DNA of 64,000 nucleotides from the human T2T-CHM13v2.0 reference genome, Homo sapiens. Made by a program: the position numbers and the translations under genes. Every line of letters begins with the position of its first letter. Position 1 is the stretch's first letter. The notes under the pieces are model-generated. The model had not been told where the DNA came from. It made no database searches and saw only the letters and a program-made list of their open reading frames with translations. Positions 61,053-64,000 of the stretch are shown one piece after another. Location of the stretch: NCBI RefSeq assembly GCF_009914755.1, contig NC_060936.1. One strand, 5' to 3'.

Positions 61053-61335
61053 CCAGGGCTCTGTAGGCAGGCACAATGGTGACCGTGATGGGCTCCGCAG
61101 TCCCCCTGGTCTGGATGGTGAAGACAAGAGCATCGGGGACTCTCTGCTCCATCCTCAGGTCCTCGAGCCCGAGGTCCAGCAGGTCCTGGCTTTGCCACAT
61201 GGTTTTCCATATCAGCCTCAGAACATCTTTGTGATGCTTGGCTGCCTCCTGGAAGCTGTGGAAACAGCTCAGAAACGCCACCAGCTCCACCTCTCTGGTG
61301 CTCCTGAGAACCGTGCCATTCCCGAAGGAGCCCAC
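61053..61335 (-). CDS. OASL: OASL exon 2 (OAS-like nucleotidyltransferase fold); exon 1 is outside the window
   Basis: GCAG|GTG GGC; VGSFGNGTVLRSTREVELVAFLSCF...PITVTIVPAYRAL; donor G|GTAAGG. Confidence 0.98.
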
Positions 61336-61525
61336 CTGCAGAACACAGAGCCCCGTCACCCTGAGGCCCACTGCCATGAGCCAGGCAACCCCTGCGGCAC
61401 TTCACATGCACTGTCTCACTGAATGCTCACCACCCGCTGAGGGATGGGTTGTGGGTAGTACTAATACCCACACTTTACAGGTGAGAAAACTGAGATGTCT
61501 GGAGGATCTCGAGACATGGGATGGA

Positions 61526-62441
61526 GAAATGGGGCAGCCTGAAAAAGATCTTGACACTTCCCTGTTTCTTAGCTAGGTAAATGTTCTGACTCCTAAGACC
61601 TTCATCTCTAAAATGAAAGCAATGGCAGAATATGAGTCACTGGGCTACTGGGAGGATCAGATGAAATAATGTATGCCAAGGGTTTGGTGGGGTGCCTGGC
61701 ACACAGGAAGTCAGCAACACATTTGTCTTTCTCCTCATTAGTCATTTGTCTCAGGTCTCGCAGTTTGCAGCCCTCAGAGCCCAGACTCTTTTTTTTTTTT
61801 TTACACAGGGTTTCACTCCCGTTGCCCAGGCTGGGCTGCAGTGGCATGATCTTGGCTCAAGCAATCCTCCCACCTCAGTCTCCCAAGTAGCTAGGACTAC
61901 AGGCCTGCGCCACCATGCCTGGCTAATTTTTGTATTTTTTGTAGTGACTGGGTTTTGGCATGTCGCCCAGGCTGGTCTCGAACTCCTGGACTCAAGCGAT
62001 TTGCCCCCTTGGCCTCCCCAAATGCCCAGCTTCTTATCTACTACACTGCATTGCTTCTGAGACCCAGTCTTCTTACCCACAGAGTAAGGCCTACTCCAGA
62101 GGAATGGTAGCATCTACTCCATAGGGTTGTTTGAGGATTCTGGGGGTGGTGGTGGGGCTGAATAATTTCATGACATTATAAAGCAAGGAGCAAGTTTGCC
62201 TGGTGGATTTAAGAGCCATAGGCTGTGAAATGGAGCAGCCTGAAAAAGATCTTGACTCTTCCCTGTTTCTTAGCTGGGTAAACATTCTGACTCCTGAGAC
62301 CCTCATCTGTAAAATGAAAGTAATGTTGGAACAAGAGTCACTGGGCTACTGGGAGGATCAGATGAAATAATGTATGCCAAGCGTTTGGTGGGGTGCCTGG
62401 CACACAGGAAGTCAGCAATACATTTCTCTTTCTTCTCATTA
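61526..62441 (+). repeat. Direct duplication of a 215-bp MIR-like segment (61526-61740 and 62227-62441)
   Basis: Ungapped hand alignment, about 18 mismatches (~92% identity). Confidence 0.92.
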
Positions 62442-62900
62442 TCCAGCTGACTTAGACAATCTCTTCTGCTGCCGGGGGGTCAGTTTTCCTGTTAGTAATG
62501 GAAGGAGGTCGAGAAGGGATTTTTCGATGTTTTGAGATTCTAGATGAGCTCTCCAGGCCCTGGTGCCTCTGGTATGCAAAGCGCCACAACTCTCTGGCCT
62601 CCTCTCCTTCTCATTCTGTGTTGGGAGGTGGAATTGCTAGGGAGGCATCAGACCCCCAGAGGGCTACTTTTCTTGGTGGTTGGAGTCACTGCACAAGAAT
62701 CAGATTCCAGCTGTTGCCGGATGATATAACATGCCCTGTGTGACATGAGCACGGATGCTGGATGACATGAGCACGCCCTGTGTCTGGCACCCATGAGAGC
62801 CCTGTATACATATTATTCCTTTTAATCTTTACTTCCCAGCCAGGCATGATGGCTCATGCCTGTAATCTCAGCACTTTGGGAGGCCAAGGTGGGCGGATCA

Positions 62901-63646
<746 letters not shown>

Positions 63647-63649
63647 TAG

Positions 63650-63865
<216 letters not shown>

Positions 63866-64000
63866 TAAGCACAATTCATTTGAAGACGAGCATTCCCTTA
63901 TGTGGACCAGCTCCGCTCACTAGATTTTCAGAGGGTGGGGAACGGGAGGGTTTAGACTCTAAATAAGATATATTATTCCTCATTAGTCATGGCTCACTGG

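Noticed and set aside
62727-62775. TGACATGAGCACG x2 and p53-like half-sites
   Set aside because: Too many mismatches to RRRCWWGYYY; probably a micro-duplication.

Overview
Human genomic DNA (chr12q24.31), very Alu-dense. It holds three recognisable protein-coding genes. (1) HNF1A, complete, + strand: 10 coding exons from 6455 to 28807, all GT-AG, summing to 1896 nt (631 aa). (2) C12orf43/CUSTOS, complete, - strand: 6 coding exons from 44068 down to 31767, 789 nt (262 aa), tail-to-tail with HNF1A. (3) OASL exons 2-6, - strand, 61335 down to 48155; exon 1 lies beyond the window. The antisense lncRNA HNF1A-AS1/HASTER probably starts at a cluster of HNF1 sites in HNF1A intron 1. The haplotype carries HNF1A Leu27 and Asn487 plus linked alleles. 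Most ORFs in the supplied track are Alu or simple-repeat artefacts. This is a well-studied locus and I cannot support a wholly new biological system. The best leads are: overlapping 3' ends of HNF1A and C12orf43, including an LTR-derived antisense poly(A) signal upstream of HNF1A exon 10; intronic repeats that control the reading frame of HNF1A read-through isoforms; an E-box minisatellite in HNF1A intron 7; a ~92% identical 215-bp duplication with AP-1/ETS/IRF-like motifs in OASL intron 1; and an internal repeated motif in C12orf43. Repeat-family names, rs numbers and literature points are from memory, not from database searches.
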